A stretch of DNA of 38,777 nucleotides from Thermodesulfobacteriota bacterium (GTDB lineage Bacteria > Desulfobacterota > Desulfobacteria > Desulfobacterales > SURF-7): NCBI GenBank assembly GCA_049320885.1, contig JBMORA010000066.1:1-38777 (forward strand). The letters run 5' to 3'. Below, piece after piece: positions 29,490 through 37,767 of this stretch. The notes below the pieces were generated by a model. It was not told the DNA's origin, did no database searches, and saw only the letters and a program-made list of their open reading frames with translations. The stretch's first letter is position 1; the number at the start of each line of letters is the position of its first letter. The translations under genes were made by a program, and so were the position numbers.

Positions 29490-30434
29490 TCAATTCCCGG
29501 TGGATGAGTATCCGTTCAGGTATTTCAAAAATTCGGAATCCGTGGACAAAATCACGGAACTGTTATCACTCAACGCATCGCTGTAAATCTCCAGGGTTCG
29601 TACAAAGGAATAGAATTCCGGATCATTGCCGTAGGCCTTGGCAAGCAGTTTCGTGACCTCGGCGTCGGCCTTGCCTTTGATTTCCTGGGCGGTCCGGTAT
29701 GCCTCGGAGGTGATCCTTTTTAAATCCCTTTCCTTCTCTCCCATGATTTTCTGGGCCTCGCCGACGCCTTCCGACCGGAATTTCTCGGCGATCTGTTTCC
29801 GTTCCGCGATCATCCGGCCGTAAACCGATTTCTGAACCTCCTCCACATAATTGATGCGTTTGATTTTCACATCCACCAGTTCGATGCCGAATTCGGCCAG
29901 CTTGGGCTGGGCCTGCTGCATGATGCCGAGAGTGATTTTTTCCCGGCCGACTTTCACCCGATAGATGGATCGCTGCTCCTTCTCGGTGCCGTCCTCCTCC
30001 AGATCGAACAGCAGTTTGCGGTTGCTTTTCCGGACGCTCTCGATCAGCGAATAGGAAGTGACGTAGTTCCGCACCGCCGGGTCGATGATATCGTCCAGAC
30101 GCCCCAGGGCCCCCATCATCGTCCCCACGGTTTGAAAAAATTTCACCGGGTCGACGATTTTCCAGCGGGCGAAGGCGTCCACCCAGATATAGGTTTTATC
30201 CAGGGTGGGAATCTGCCCCGGGTCACCGTCCCATTCCTGAAGATTTTTCGGAAAATAATTGGCGACATCCACCAGCGGCACCTTGAAATACAGCCCGGGC
30301 GCCGCCTTGGGCTCCCCGATCACCTTGCCGAAACGGGTCACAACCACTTGCTCGGTTTCATCCACTACGTACGCCGAAGCGAACAAGCCAACGGCGATCA
30401 GCGCCGGTATCAGCAGCAAACTTGTGTGTTTCAT
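29490..30434 (-). CDS. hflC: FtsH modulator HflC
   Basis: VDETEQVVVTRFGK, PGLYFKVP, RMIAER..IAEKFRSEG, DPEFYSFVRTLE.Y. Confidence 0.95.
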   Translation of the reverse strand: MKHTSLLLIPALIAVGLFASAYVVDETEQVVVTRFGKVIGEPKAAPGLYFKVPLVDVANYFPKNLQEWDGDPGQIPTLDKTYIWVDAFARWKIVDPVKFFQTVGTMMGALGRLDDIIDPAVRNYVTSYSLIESVRKSNRKLLFDLEEDGTEKEQRSIYRVKVGREKITLGIMQQAQPKLAEFGIELVDVKIKRINYVEEVQKSVYGRMIAERKQIAEKFRSEGVGEAQKIMGEKERDLKRITSEAYRTAQEIKGKADAEVTKLLAKAYGNDPEFYSFVRTLEIYSDALSDNSSVILSTDSEFLKYLNGYSSTGN

Positions 30435-31474
30435 TTCATCTCACCCCGTTGATTTCCTAAGTTGAGTAAGGGCAACAGGTTCTTCTGGTCCGCGTCGACA
30501 ATATATTTCTGGCCGAGCTTGGGAAAAATCTCCTGAATCCTCTCCAAATAAATCCGCCGTTTGGTCACATCCTTGGCCTTGGCGTATTCCTCATAGAGCG
30601 CCACGAAACGCTGAGCGTCGCCTTCCGCCCGGTTGACCCGGTCCAGCGCATATCCCTCGGCCGCCTTGATGGTGCGTTCCGCCTCGCCGCGGGCCGCCGG
30701 GATGGCCTTGTTGTAATCCTCCTTGGCCTGGTAAATCATTTTTTCTTTCTCCTGGACCGCCTGGTTGACCTCGTTGAACGACGGTTGGACCGGATCGGGC
30801 ACATTGGTCTTTTTCATTTCGATGGTCACGACGTTGATCCCCGTCTCCGCATTGTCCAGCTCCGCCTGGAGCACCAGCTTGGCCTCGTCGGCGATTTCCT
30901 CCCGTTTGCTGATCACTTCGTCGATGCTGCGGTCCCCCACCACCAGCCGCATGGCCGCCTCGGACATGTCGCGGAGAATCCGGGTCACGTTATGGACCTT
31001 GAACAGATAATTGATCGGATCCTTGATCCGGTATTGGACGATCCAGGGCACCACCGCCACGTTCAAGTCGCCGGTCAGCATCAGCGACTCGCTGATGTTG
31101 CCGTCGTCGGCCGTGAAGCGGGTGGCGCCGGAGCGCATATCCCGGAAACCGAATTCCTCTTTTTGAATCTGTTTGACCTTTACCTTGGTGACCTTCTCGA
31201 TACCGGCGGGGAATTTGAAATTGAGGCCGGGAGAAGTGGTGCGGACATATTTGCCGAAGCGCTGGACGACGCCCACCTCGTCCACGCCGATGGTGTAGAA
31301 CATGGACTGCCCGAAAAAGAGGGCCACCAGGATCACGGTGATCAGCACCGGTCCGCCGGAAAACTTGAACCCTTTCAATTTATTGATGAATTCATCCATC
31401 TGGGGAGGGACGCCCCGTTGCTCCTGGCGGTGCTGCCTGTTTTGCTGCTGTAGTTTTTCCCAATCCCAACTCAT
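30431..31474 (-). CDS. hflK: FtsH modulator HflK
   Basis: EVGVVQRFGK, MLTGDLN, VQYRI, P.PVQPSFNEV, IPAARGEA, A.DVTKRRIYLE. Confidence 0.95.
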   Translation of the reverse strand: MSWDWEKLQQQNRQHRQEQRGVPPQMDEFINKLKGFKFSGGPVLITVILVALFFGQSMFYTIGVDEVGVVQRFGKYVRTTSPGLNFKFPAGIEKVTKVKVKQIQKEEFGFRDMRSGATRFTADDGNISESLMLTGDLNVAVVPWIVQYRIKDPINYLFKVHNVTRILRDMSEAAMRLVVGDRSIDEVISKREEIADEAKLVLQAELDNAETGINVVTIEMKKTNVPDPVQPSFNEVNQAVQEKEKMIYQAKEDYNKAIPAARGEAERTIKAAEGYALDRVNRAEGDAQRFVALYEEYAKAKDVTKRRIYLERIQEIFPKLGQKYIVDADQKNLLPLLNLGNQRGEMK

Positions 31475-31699
31475 TGTCTTTTCCTATTTATTTTTGGTTA
31501 CCCGTGACGACGGGAGTGGTTGCTGGAAAAACATCCCGATTTGAAAACAACGGGCATGAACGGGTGTCCGAGGCGAATGCGCCCCCTGTACGGTTATGCC
31601 CGACAATAACATTATTTACAGAAATATCATAAAGTATCATCTGTAAATGACACGGTATCACAAGTCAAGGAAAAACCAAAGATTGCCCATGGCTTTTGC

Positions 31700-31729
31700 T
31701 TGACAGCGCCGCGTTTATCTGGCTTTAAT
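31700..31729 (+). promoter_or_regulatory. Putative sigma70 promoter
   Basis: TTGACA 31700-31705, 18 bp, TTTAAT 31724-31729, upstream of a GGAGG RBS. Confidence 0.55.
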
Positions 31730-31752
31730 GGTCACGCCGCCGCCGGGGGAGG

Positions 31753-32076
31753 ATGGAGATGGAACGGAAATCGAATCAGGAGTTTCATCCGATCGGTCAG
31801 TTGATCGGCGATATCATGAGGAACTGCCGACAGTCCAAGGACATCCGCTTGATGAACATCTGGAACATATGGGATGGGGCGGTGGGTGCCGCCATCGCCG
31901 AAAACGCCCAGCCGGCGGCATTCAAGGGGAAACTGCTGCTGGTTCATGTAACCGATTCTCCCATGTTGCAGCAGATTCGCTTTGTCAAGGAAGACATCAT
32001 CCGGCAGGTCAATGCCGCCCTCGGCGACCCCATGATCCAGGATATCCGTTTCAAAATCGGCCCGCTGGGAAAATAG
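31753..32076 (+). CDS. DUF721 / DciA replicative helicase loader-like protein
   Basis: IW..AVGAAIAENAQP...G.LLVHV.DS..LQQIRF.K..II..VN..LG...I.DIRFKIG pattern. Confidence 0.85.
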   Translation: MEMERKSNQEFHPIGQLIGDIMRNCRQSKDIRLMNIWNIWDGAVGAAIAENAQPAAFKGKLLLVHVTDSPMLQQIRFVKEDIIRQVNAALGDPMIQDIRFKIGPLGK

Positions 32077-32098
32077 GCGGCCCCCTGTTGTCATACGT

Positions 32099-32827
32099 AT
32101 GCCCTCAGCCCATGCCACCGACACGTTTTTCAACGGCAAACTGACGGTCCGCCAGGACCGCGACGGTTACCGGTTTTCCATTGACGCGATCCTGCTGGCC
32201 GGCCACATCACCCCGCGGCCCGGCGACCGGATCGTCGATCTGGGCACCGGCTGCGGCATCCTGCCGCTGATTCTCGCCTACCGTTTTCCGCAAATCCGGA
32301 TTGTCGGGCTGGAAATCCAGCCGGCCCTGGCTGTCGTCGCCCGGGACAATGTTCTGGAAAACCGCCTTTCGGACCGGATCGAAATCCGCTGCGCGGATAT
32401 GCGCAAAATAACGGCAATGGATTTTCCCCGGCCGGTGGACATGGTGATCACCAATCCCCCTTACCGGAAATCCGAGTCGGGCAGAATCAATCCGGATCGT
32501 CAGCGGGCCGTCGCCCGCCACGAAATCGAGGTCACCCTGGAAGATGTCGTGGACGCGGCCGTTCGCATCCTGCGCACCTCCGGAAAATTCATCGCGGTCT
32601 ATCCGGCCCTGCGCGCGGCCGAACTGATTCATGCCATGCGGGCATCCGGCATCGAACCGAAGAAACTGCGGACCGTGCATTCCAGAAACGGCGACGACGC
32701 CAAACTCGTGCTGGTGGAAGGACGGAAAGGGGCGGGCGCGGGCCTGACCGTTTCCCCGCCCCTGTTCATTTATCGGGAAGAAGATGATGCCTACACCGAG
32801 GAAGTCAACGGTCTGTTCCAGCCTTGA
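32099..32827 (+). CDS. tRNA1(Val) A37 N6-methyltransferase-like (TrmN6/YabB family)
   Basis: Q...GYRFSIDAILLA, DLGTGCG, NPPY, ARHE, LVEGRK. Confidence 0.88.
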   Translation: MPSAHATDTFFNGKLTVRQDRDGYRFSIDAILLAGHITPRPGDRIVDLGTGCGILPLILAYRFPQIRIVGLEIQPALAVVARDNVLENRLSDRIEIRCADMRKITAMDFPRPVDMVITNPPYRKSESGRINPDRQRAVARHEIEVTLEDVVDAAVRILRTSGKFIAVYPALRAAELIHAMRASGIEPKKLRTVHSRNGDDAKLVLVEGRKGAGAGLTVSPPLFIYREEDDAYTEEVNGLFQP

Positions 32828-32833
32828 TACCCA

Positions 32834-34159
32834 TCAGCCAAGGGGGTTGATCACCTGCCCGGTGATGGGCTTGGGATAGAAATAGGTGGTCTTCCTGGGC
32901 ATGATGAGGCCCGCCTCGGCAATGGCCCGGACCTGATCGATTTTGGTGGGATTCAACAGAAAGGCGATTTTGCAGCCGCCGGAAACGGCCGCCTCCACCG
33001 CCCCGACCGCGTCGCTGGAATAGGTGATGAACCGTTCGTCATCCAGCCGTCCCTGGTCGAAACCCAGTATCTCCATGAGGATCAATCGGGTCAATACCGT
33101 GACATCCAGGGACTTGAGGGCCGGGGGAATGTCGCCGCCGGATAGCCGATCCATGGCGCCTTGACGGAGCGTCAACAGATACAGCTCCCTCCGTCCGGCC
33201 ATCGCCACCCCGATGGTCGCGTTGTCCCGCCGCCGTTCCAATCGATCCAGGAAGAGCTCCCGGGCCGGACGAAATTCCTCGGGAGTGAAGGGGACGGTCT
33301 CGATCTCGAACCAATCGGCGGCGGCCCGGATGAAGTCCGCCAGTGCATCCGCCGGAACATCCGAAAGCAGCCGGTGGGCCGGCAACACCACAAGACCCGG
33401 GTCTTCCATGCTGCACAGATACATCATCATATAATTGGCCGGATGATCCGGACGCCAGTCCGGAGTTTTATCGGAAAGCCATTGGCGATAATTCAGGGCG
33501 GTCTCATACCGGTGATGCCCGTCGGCGATGAAAAGACGCTTGGCCGCGAAGGAACGTACGACGAAGTCGTGCACCGCTGGTTCGGTTATCACCCACATGC
33601 GCTGCCGCAAGCCATGATCCTCCACGATGTCCATCACCGGCGGGCTGTTTTCTGCGGCGGCCAGGAGCCTTTCCTGGATGCCCTCCTGATCCGAATACAG
33701 GGAGAACACCGGGCTGAAATTGGCGTGGCAGGCCTTCATCAGATCCAGCCGCTCGGATTTGACCTTGGAAAATGTTTTTTCATGGGGCAGGATAATTTTG
33801 TTTTCAAAGGGTTCCAGCTTCACCTGGACGATCATGCCGTGGCGGGAAACCGTGCGGCCTTTCCGGTTGAAATCCACCCGGCTCAGATAGATGGCCGGTT
33901 GGGAATCCCGGCGGAGAACACCCTGCCGTTGCCATTCAGCGAAAGCCGCCGCGGCCCGGGTGTGGGGGTTGTCCCCGGCCGTATCCCGCGGGCTTGGCGG
34001 GTTCAGATCCAGACGGATGATATTATATGGATGGCGGTTGAAATATTTCTCCTGTTCCGCCGGGGAGATGACATCGTAGGGCGGTGTAACAACCTCGGTA
34101 ACATCTTTTATGATATCAGGATTGTATCGAATACCGCGAAATGGTGCAATCATCGCCAT
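32834..34159 (-). CDS. DUF1015 family protein
   Basis: IAPFRGIRY, PPYDVIS, PHEKT, IADGHHRYETA, LPAHR, MPRKTTYFYPK. ATG at 34159. Confidence 0.9.
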   Translation of the reverse strand: MAMIAPFRGIRYNPDIIKDVTEVVTPPYDVISPAEQEKYFNRHPYNIIRLDLNPPSPRDTAGDNPHTRAAAAFAEWQRQGVLRRDSQPAIYLSRVDFNRKGRTVSRHGMIVQVKLEPFENKIILPHEKTFSKVKSERLDLMKACHANFSPVFSLYSDQEGIQERLLAAAENSPPVMDIVEDHGLRQRMWVITEPAVHDFVVRSFAAKRLFIADGHHRYETALNYRQWLSDKTPDWRPDHPANYMMMYLCSMEDPGLVVLPAHRLLSDVPADALADFIRAAADWFEIETVPFTPEEFRPARELFLDRLERRRDNATIGVAMAGRRELYLLTLRQGAMDRLSGGDIPPALKSLDVTVLTRLILMEILGFDQGRLDDERFITYSSDAVGAVEAAVSGGCKIAFLLNPTKIDQVRAIAEAGLIMPRKTTYFYPKPITGQVINPLG

Positions 34160-34377
34160 GGTGGTCGTCCCTTCTGTTTTTTCCGCCTGCTGAAAAACCC
34201 GATGAAACATCGGATAGCCGGAGATTGAAATGCATAAGCTCGAATTGATACTAAAAAGCACCCCCGAATTCAAGACAAAAGATCGACCCGATTCCAAGGC
34301 GTTTTTCTGTGATTAGGCCATTGACAGCTGCGGATAAACAGGATATTGAAGGGCACCGGCGTTGAAGGCGGGCTTAA

Positions 34378-34464
34378 GGAGAGGTGGCCGAGAGGCTGAA
34401 GGCGTCGCTCTCGAAAAGCGGAATCCTGGCAACGGGATCGTGGGTTCGAATCCCACCCTCTCCG
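34378..34464 (+). tRNA. tRNA-Ser (anticodon CGA), long variable arm, CCA not encoded
   Basis: GGAGAGG acceptor pairs with CCTCTCC, followed by discriminator G. Anticodon arm TCGCT-CTCGAAA-AGCGG, variable arm ATCCTG-GCAA-CGGGAT, T arm GTGGG-TTCGAAT-CCCAC. TTGACA at 34321. Confidence 0.95.
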
Positions 34465-34548
34465 CTCTATAACTCCCCGAAATCACACAATAAAAACCAA
34501 TTCCTGAATCAAAACAAACACAAGCTTGCAGGCAATTGATATGATTGC

Positions 34549-34689
34549 CAATTTTAGTCCATGTCGTTTGTGAGCAAATTGTGAGCAAATTTCCCAAGTA
34601 AGTTACCCCTTCATTGTGGCCAGAAACAGCCTTTGGCTTGGTATGAATATTGCTGTCTACAATTTTTAGCATGTCGTTTGTGAACAATT
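34549..34689 (+). repeat. Integrase arm-type-like direct repeats
   Basis: Tandem TTGTGAGCAAA x2 (34568-34589). CATGTCGTTTGTGA at 34560-34573 and 34670-34683, 110 bp apart. Confidence 0.65.
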
Positions 34690-34725
34690 CGAGAACCCAG
34701 GCAGCTAAATATTAACCTGTTTAAC

Positions 34726-35236
34726 TCATTGTAAATATGATTGTAATTTCATATATACAAGTATTCCAGGATATTAGGAAAATGCAATTTTTATTCGCAA
34801 TGATAATAAGTAAGTACATGCTTATGGCACAAAAAACATGTGTTTTTGTTAGAGCTGAAGTGAATAATCATTATGTGAGGGGCAGAAAACGACACGAAAG
34901 TGCATCTGTCCCCCCAGCAGGCAATAGGCAAACTCGATCAAGCCTATCGACAGCGGGTTTATCCGACCGTCGGGATCGTTGAGCCCTGGGATAGTGTGAG
35001 AGCATGTTGAAATCATTGCGAAATATGATGGCAGATTTCATATATGTAATCATTTCATAGAACTAAGAAAATGCAATTTTTATTCGCAATGAAATTAAGT
35101 AAGTACATGCTTATGGTATAAAAAACAGGTGTTCTTGTTAGGGGCTTAGGGTAATAATCATTATGTGAGGGGCAGAAAACGACACGAAAGTGCATCTGTC
35201 CCCCCAGCAGGCAATAGACAAACCCGACCAAGCATA
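34726..35236 (+). repeat. Diverged duplication of a ~220-bp non-coding unit (period ~290 bp) with an identical 65-bp core
   Basis: Copy 1 ~34726-34945, copy 2 ~35013-35236. Identical AATAATCA...GCAATAG at 34863-34927 and 35153-35217. Confidence 0.9.
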
Positions 35237-35258
35237 GCTTGTGTTGGGTGTTTTTTTT
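35222..35258 (+). terminator. Intrinsic terminator closing repeat copy 2
   Basis: ACCCGAC-CAAGC-ATA-GCTTG-T-GTTGGGT-G followed by T8. Confidence 0.7.
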
Positions 35259-35302
35259 GGTTGAATCAATAATAACTATCTGGTTAAAATGGAGAAAATG
35301 AC

Positions 35303-35506
35303 ATGAATGGACAAGCCAAATTAACAACATCCATCGCCTTCCGACCGTCTTTTCAGGATCGACTGGACTCGACAGCAGGAAAATACGGGGTTTCACGCTC
35401 CCAGCTAATAACCCAAGTATTAAGCGTTGTATTGGATCGTCTTGAACAACCGGGAAAATGGATTCAATTTTCACGAAATGACTTTGAACGCACTTTAACG
35501 CTTTAG
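35303..35506 (+). CDS. Ribbon-helix-helix (CopG-like) DNA-binding protein
   Basis: TTSIAF (beta strand), DRLDSTAGKYGVSRSQLI (helix-turn-helix part of RHH); GGAG RBS. Confidence 0.75.
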   Translation: MNGQAKLTTSIAFRPSFQDRLDSTAGKYGVSRSQLITQVLSVVLDRLEQPGKWIQFSRNDFERTLTL

Positions 35507-35753
35507 TCCTATCTAAAATCCCAAGATTATTCTCTAAAAACCCTGGATCAGTGCCAACATTGAGGAAAGCCCGACACAGCTTGCCTCAATGAGTATTGAA
35601 TTTCAAGGGTAACATCGTGTCTCTATCTTTCTGCAACACAAGGTGAAATATGGGGAATGTTAGAGCTATATCCATCAAACGAAAGACAATATGACGAAAC
35701 ATAACAGCATCATACAAGATAAAGGGGGTGATTATACGAAATGAAGGAGCAGG

Positions 35754-36206
35754 ATGACCAATCAAGACAAACTGAGATTCACGATGGCCGAATGGCTGGC
35801 AAAGTACCCATGGACACACTGGGCGCATCTGCGGTTCAATCATGACAGGATATCCGGCGAACAAGCGGAGAAATGCTTGAAGGGATGGCGGTTGAAGCTG
35901 ATCAAACGTGAGCGGTTACAGGTTGCCACATTTGGGATAATAAACCACCGCCCTACCAGCCACCTTCACATCTTGCTTATGGGTATCAACCGGCAGGGTA
36001 AAACCCTGGACGATGTCGAAGACGGCAACTGGAAGGTTTACGCAAGACTCTGGCCGGGCAGTGCCGTTATTGATCCTATCAAAGATAAGGGGGCGATAGA
36101 ATATATGGCCTTTGCGAATACCCCAGCAGGACATTATGAACTACTCATGCCCTACAATACAAAGCTACTGGCAAGGTCATTCTCCAAAGCGCCAGTAATC
36201 CATTAA
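35754..36206 (+). CDS. Small HUH endonuclease, rolling-circle Rep-like
   Basis: Motif I-like WTHWAHLRF, motif II HLHILL, W.G...I.PI.D, and motif III-like GAIEYMA. AAGGAG RBS. Confidence 0.7.
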   Translation: MTNQDKLRFTMAEWLAKYPWTHWAHLRFNHDRISGEQAEKCLKGWRLKLIKRERLQVATFGIINHRPTSHLHILLMGINRQGKTLDDVEDGNWKVYARLWPGSAVIDPIKDKGAIEYMAFANTPAGHYELLMPYNTKLLARSFSKAPVIH

Positions 36207-36265
36207 CGTCTGGTTGCAGCGATTGCAAAACGCAACCAGCACAATGAAAGGAAAATCACAGAACA

Positions 36266-36745
36266 ATGGCAAGACCGTGTAAATTAAATCAAACCATCCA
36301 GGATTCAATTGTGGAAGCCATCGAAGATGGACTCACCTACAAGCAGGCCGCTCAGATCGTCGGCGTTGATGAAACAACCTTCCAGCGATGGAAACGGAAA
36401 GGAAAGGAAGCGATCTCCGGCAAATATCACCAATTTTACCAGGCCATAAAAACGGCGAATGTAAAAGCCCGGTATATCCTTCTGGAGCGTATCCGCCAGG
36501 CTGGAGAGGGAAAGCAGATCATCGAGACCACCAGCGAAGTCCTTGACGCTGGGGGAAAAGTGATCCGACGAATTGTCGTCAGGAAGGAGCATCCCCCAGC
36601 TTGGCAGGCGTTGGCATGGATTCTTGAGCGACGATTCCCGGATGAATTTGGACGAAAGGCGAAACCAGAACCAGTCGAGGAACATGACCCATTGCAGGAG
36701 TGGGTTGATGCCCTGGTGGCGGCTGAATCAATTCAACAACAATAA
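36266..36745 (+). CDS. Phage terminase small subunit-like HTH protein
   Basis: MARPCKLN...GLTYKQAAQIVGVDETTFQRW HTH and C-terminal WQALAWILERRFPDEFGRK, a pattern I recognise from phage TerS-like proteins. Confidence 0.7.
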   Translation: MARPCKLNQTIQDSIVEAIEDGLTYKQAAQIVGVDETTFQRWKRKGKEAISGKYHQFYQAIKTANVKARYILLERIRQAGEGKQIIETTSEVLDAGGKVIRRIVVRKEHPPAWQALAWILERRFPDEFGRKAKPEPVEEHDPLQEWVDALVAAESIQQQ

Positions 36746-36760
36746 GGAGAACACAACACG

Positions 36761-37420
36761 ATGAACATCAAAGATTTGAAACGCATTGAAAAACTGGCAA
36801 ACAACCTGAGACAGACCGTCCCAGCCTCACACACGGACGCTTTTCGAATTTACCAAGCGCCAGGTGAAATTTCCGATGCTATTGATGCCGCCATTGAGCT
36901 GGCGAAACTCGATGCCGTTAAGGAATACATCGAATCAAAGCCTGACGGCAGCCGTGATACCGCATCCCTTTCAAAAATGCAGAGTCAGCGCACTCTGTAC
37001 GCACGTCGCGTTGAGGCCGCCAGCGAACTGGAAAAGAAGCTGGTCGGTATCGCTATCGATTTTCAGATTGAACAGGAAGCAAGGGCGGCCGGGGCGATCA
37101 ACCACAAGCTTGTGGCAATGTGCCTGAAGGGGAAAAATGTCCTGGAGCATTCCGTTGATTCGGATGGGAATTTAAGCATATTCGTGGATGGCTTACCGGC
37201 AAAAGATGCCGTAAAAGCCCTCACACTGAGCCAGGACACGAGAATTTTGTTCGATAGTGATAGGCCCATCAACAAGCCCGGCAGTTCTCGGCCATTCGAT
37301 GGGAAAAATCCGTGGTTGAAGGAAACTTTCAACCTCACCCAGCAAGGCATTATTTGGAAACAAGACCGAGCCCTTGGTGAAAGGCTGAAAGCCGCTGCAA
37401 AGGCCGCACAGACCGTTTAA
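36761..37420 (+). CDS. Phage capsid scaffolding protein-like (GP20/DUF4355-type)
   Basis: Helical N-terminus, AGAIN...DG...GL..DAVKAL...LF core, and C-terminal KNPWLKETFNLTQQG...LKAAA motif typical of scaffolds. AAGGAG RBS. Confidence 0.65.
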   Translation: MNIKDLKRIEKLANNLRQTVPASHTDAFRIYQAPGEISDAIDAAIELAKLDAVKEYIESKPDGSRDTASLSKMQSQRTLYARRVEAASELEKKLVGIAIDFQIEQEARAAGAINHKLVAMCLKGKNVLEHSVDSDGNLSIFVDGLPAKDAVKALTLSQDTRILFDSDRPINKPGSSRPFDGKNPWLKETFNLTQQGIIWKQDRALGERLKAAAKAAQTV

Positions 37421-37443
37421 CATCATAATTAGGAGGTTTACTT

Positions 37444-37692
37444 ATGGAACAAGATAGTTTGAATTGGGAAGATGATTATCGGAATAAATTGAATTGGGAA
37501 AAGGTTAAGGAAATTCGGAAAATGTATAAGGAAAGCAAAGGCGGTTATAAAAAGCTGGCAGAAAATTTTGGCGTCTCGGTAAAAACGATCAGAACGATAG
37601 TTCGAGGCGAGTCATCAAAGGTGCAGGCTGAGAAAGATTGCTCTTATTGTAGACCATTGTGGATGAATATACTTGGGGAAAGAAACAAATAA
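37444..37692 (+). CDS. Small HTH DNA-binding protein (paralog 1)
   Basis: LNWEKVKEIRKMY...GYKKLAENFGVSVKTIRTIVRG; AGGAGG RBS. Confidence 0.75.
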   Translation: MEQDSLNWEDDYRNKLNWEKVKEIRKMYKESKGGYKKLAENFGVSVKTIRTIVRGESSKVQAEKDCSYCRPLWMNILGERNK

Positions 37693-37719
37693 TCCGCACC
37701 ATAAAGAAGATGCTGAGAA

Positions 37720-37749
37720 CCATTAAGGGGCTTTACAGCCCCTTAATGG
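37720..37749. repeat. Perfect 13-bp inverted repeat between the HTH paralogs
   Basis: CCATTAAGGGGCT-TTAC-AGCCCCTTAATGG. Confidence 0.85.
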
Positions 37750-37767
37750 GACAACAGGAGACCACTC

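Noticed and set aside
29100..29507. 135-aa plus-strand ORF
   Set aside because: Overlaps the better-supported bS22-like gene in another frame and the terminator-like hairpin; no motifs.
34378..34464. Possible selenocysteine tRNA because of the long variable arm
   Set aside because: The anticodon is CGA, not TCA, and the acceptor stem is a normal 7 bp, so it is tRNA-Ser.
34313..34687. 124-aa minus-strand ORF
   Set aside because: Overlaps the tRNA-Ser antisense (ERVGFEPT is a typical tRNA shadow translation) and the att repeats.
34877..34950. Possible c-di-GMP-I (GEMM) riboswitch because of the GAAA tetraloop and GGCA motifs
   Set aside because: Lacks the GGCAAA...GAAA...GACGCAAA arrangement and the second tetraloop-receptor stem. 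Kept as an unknown structured element.
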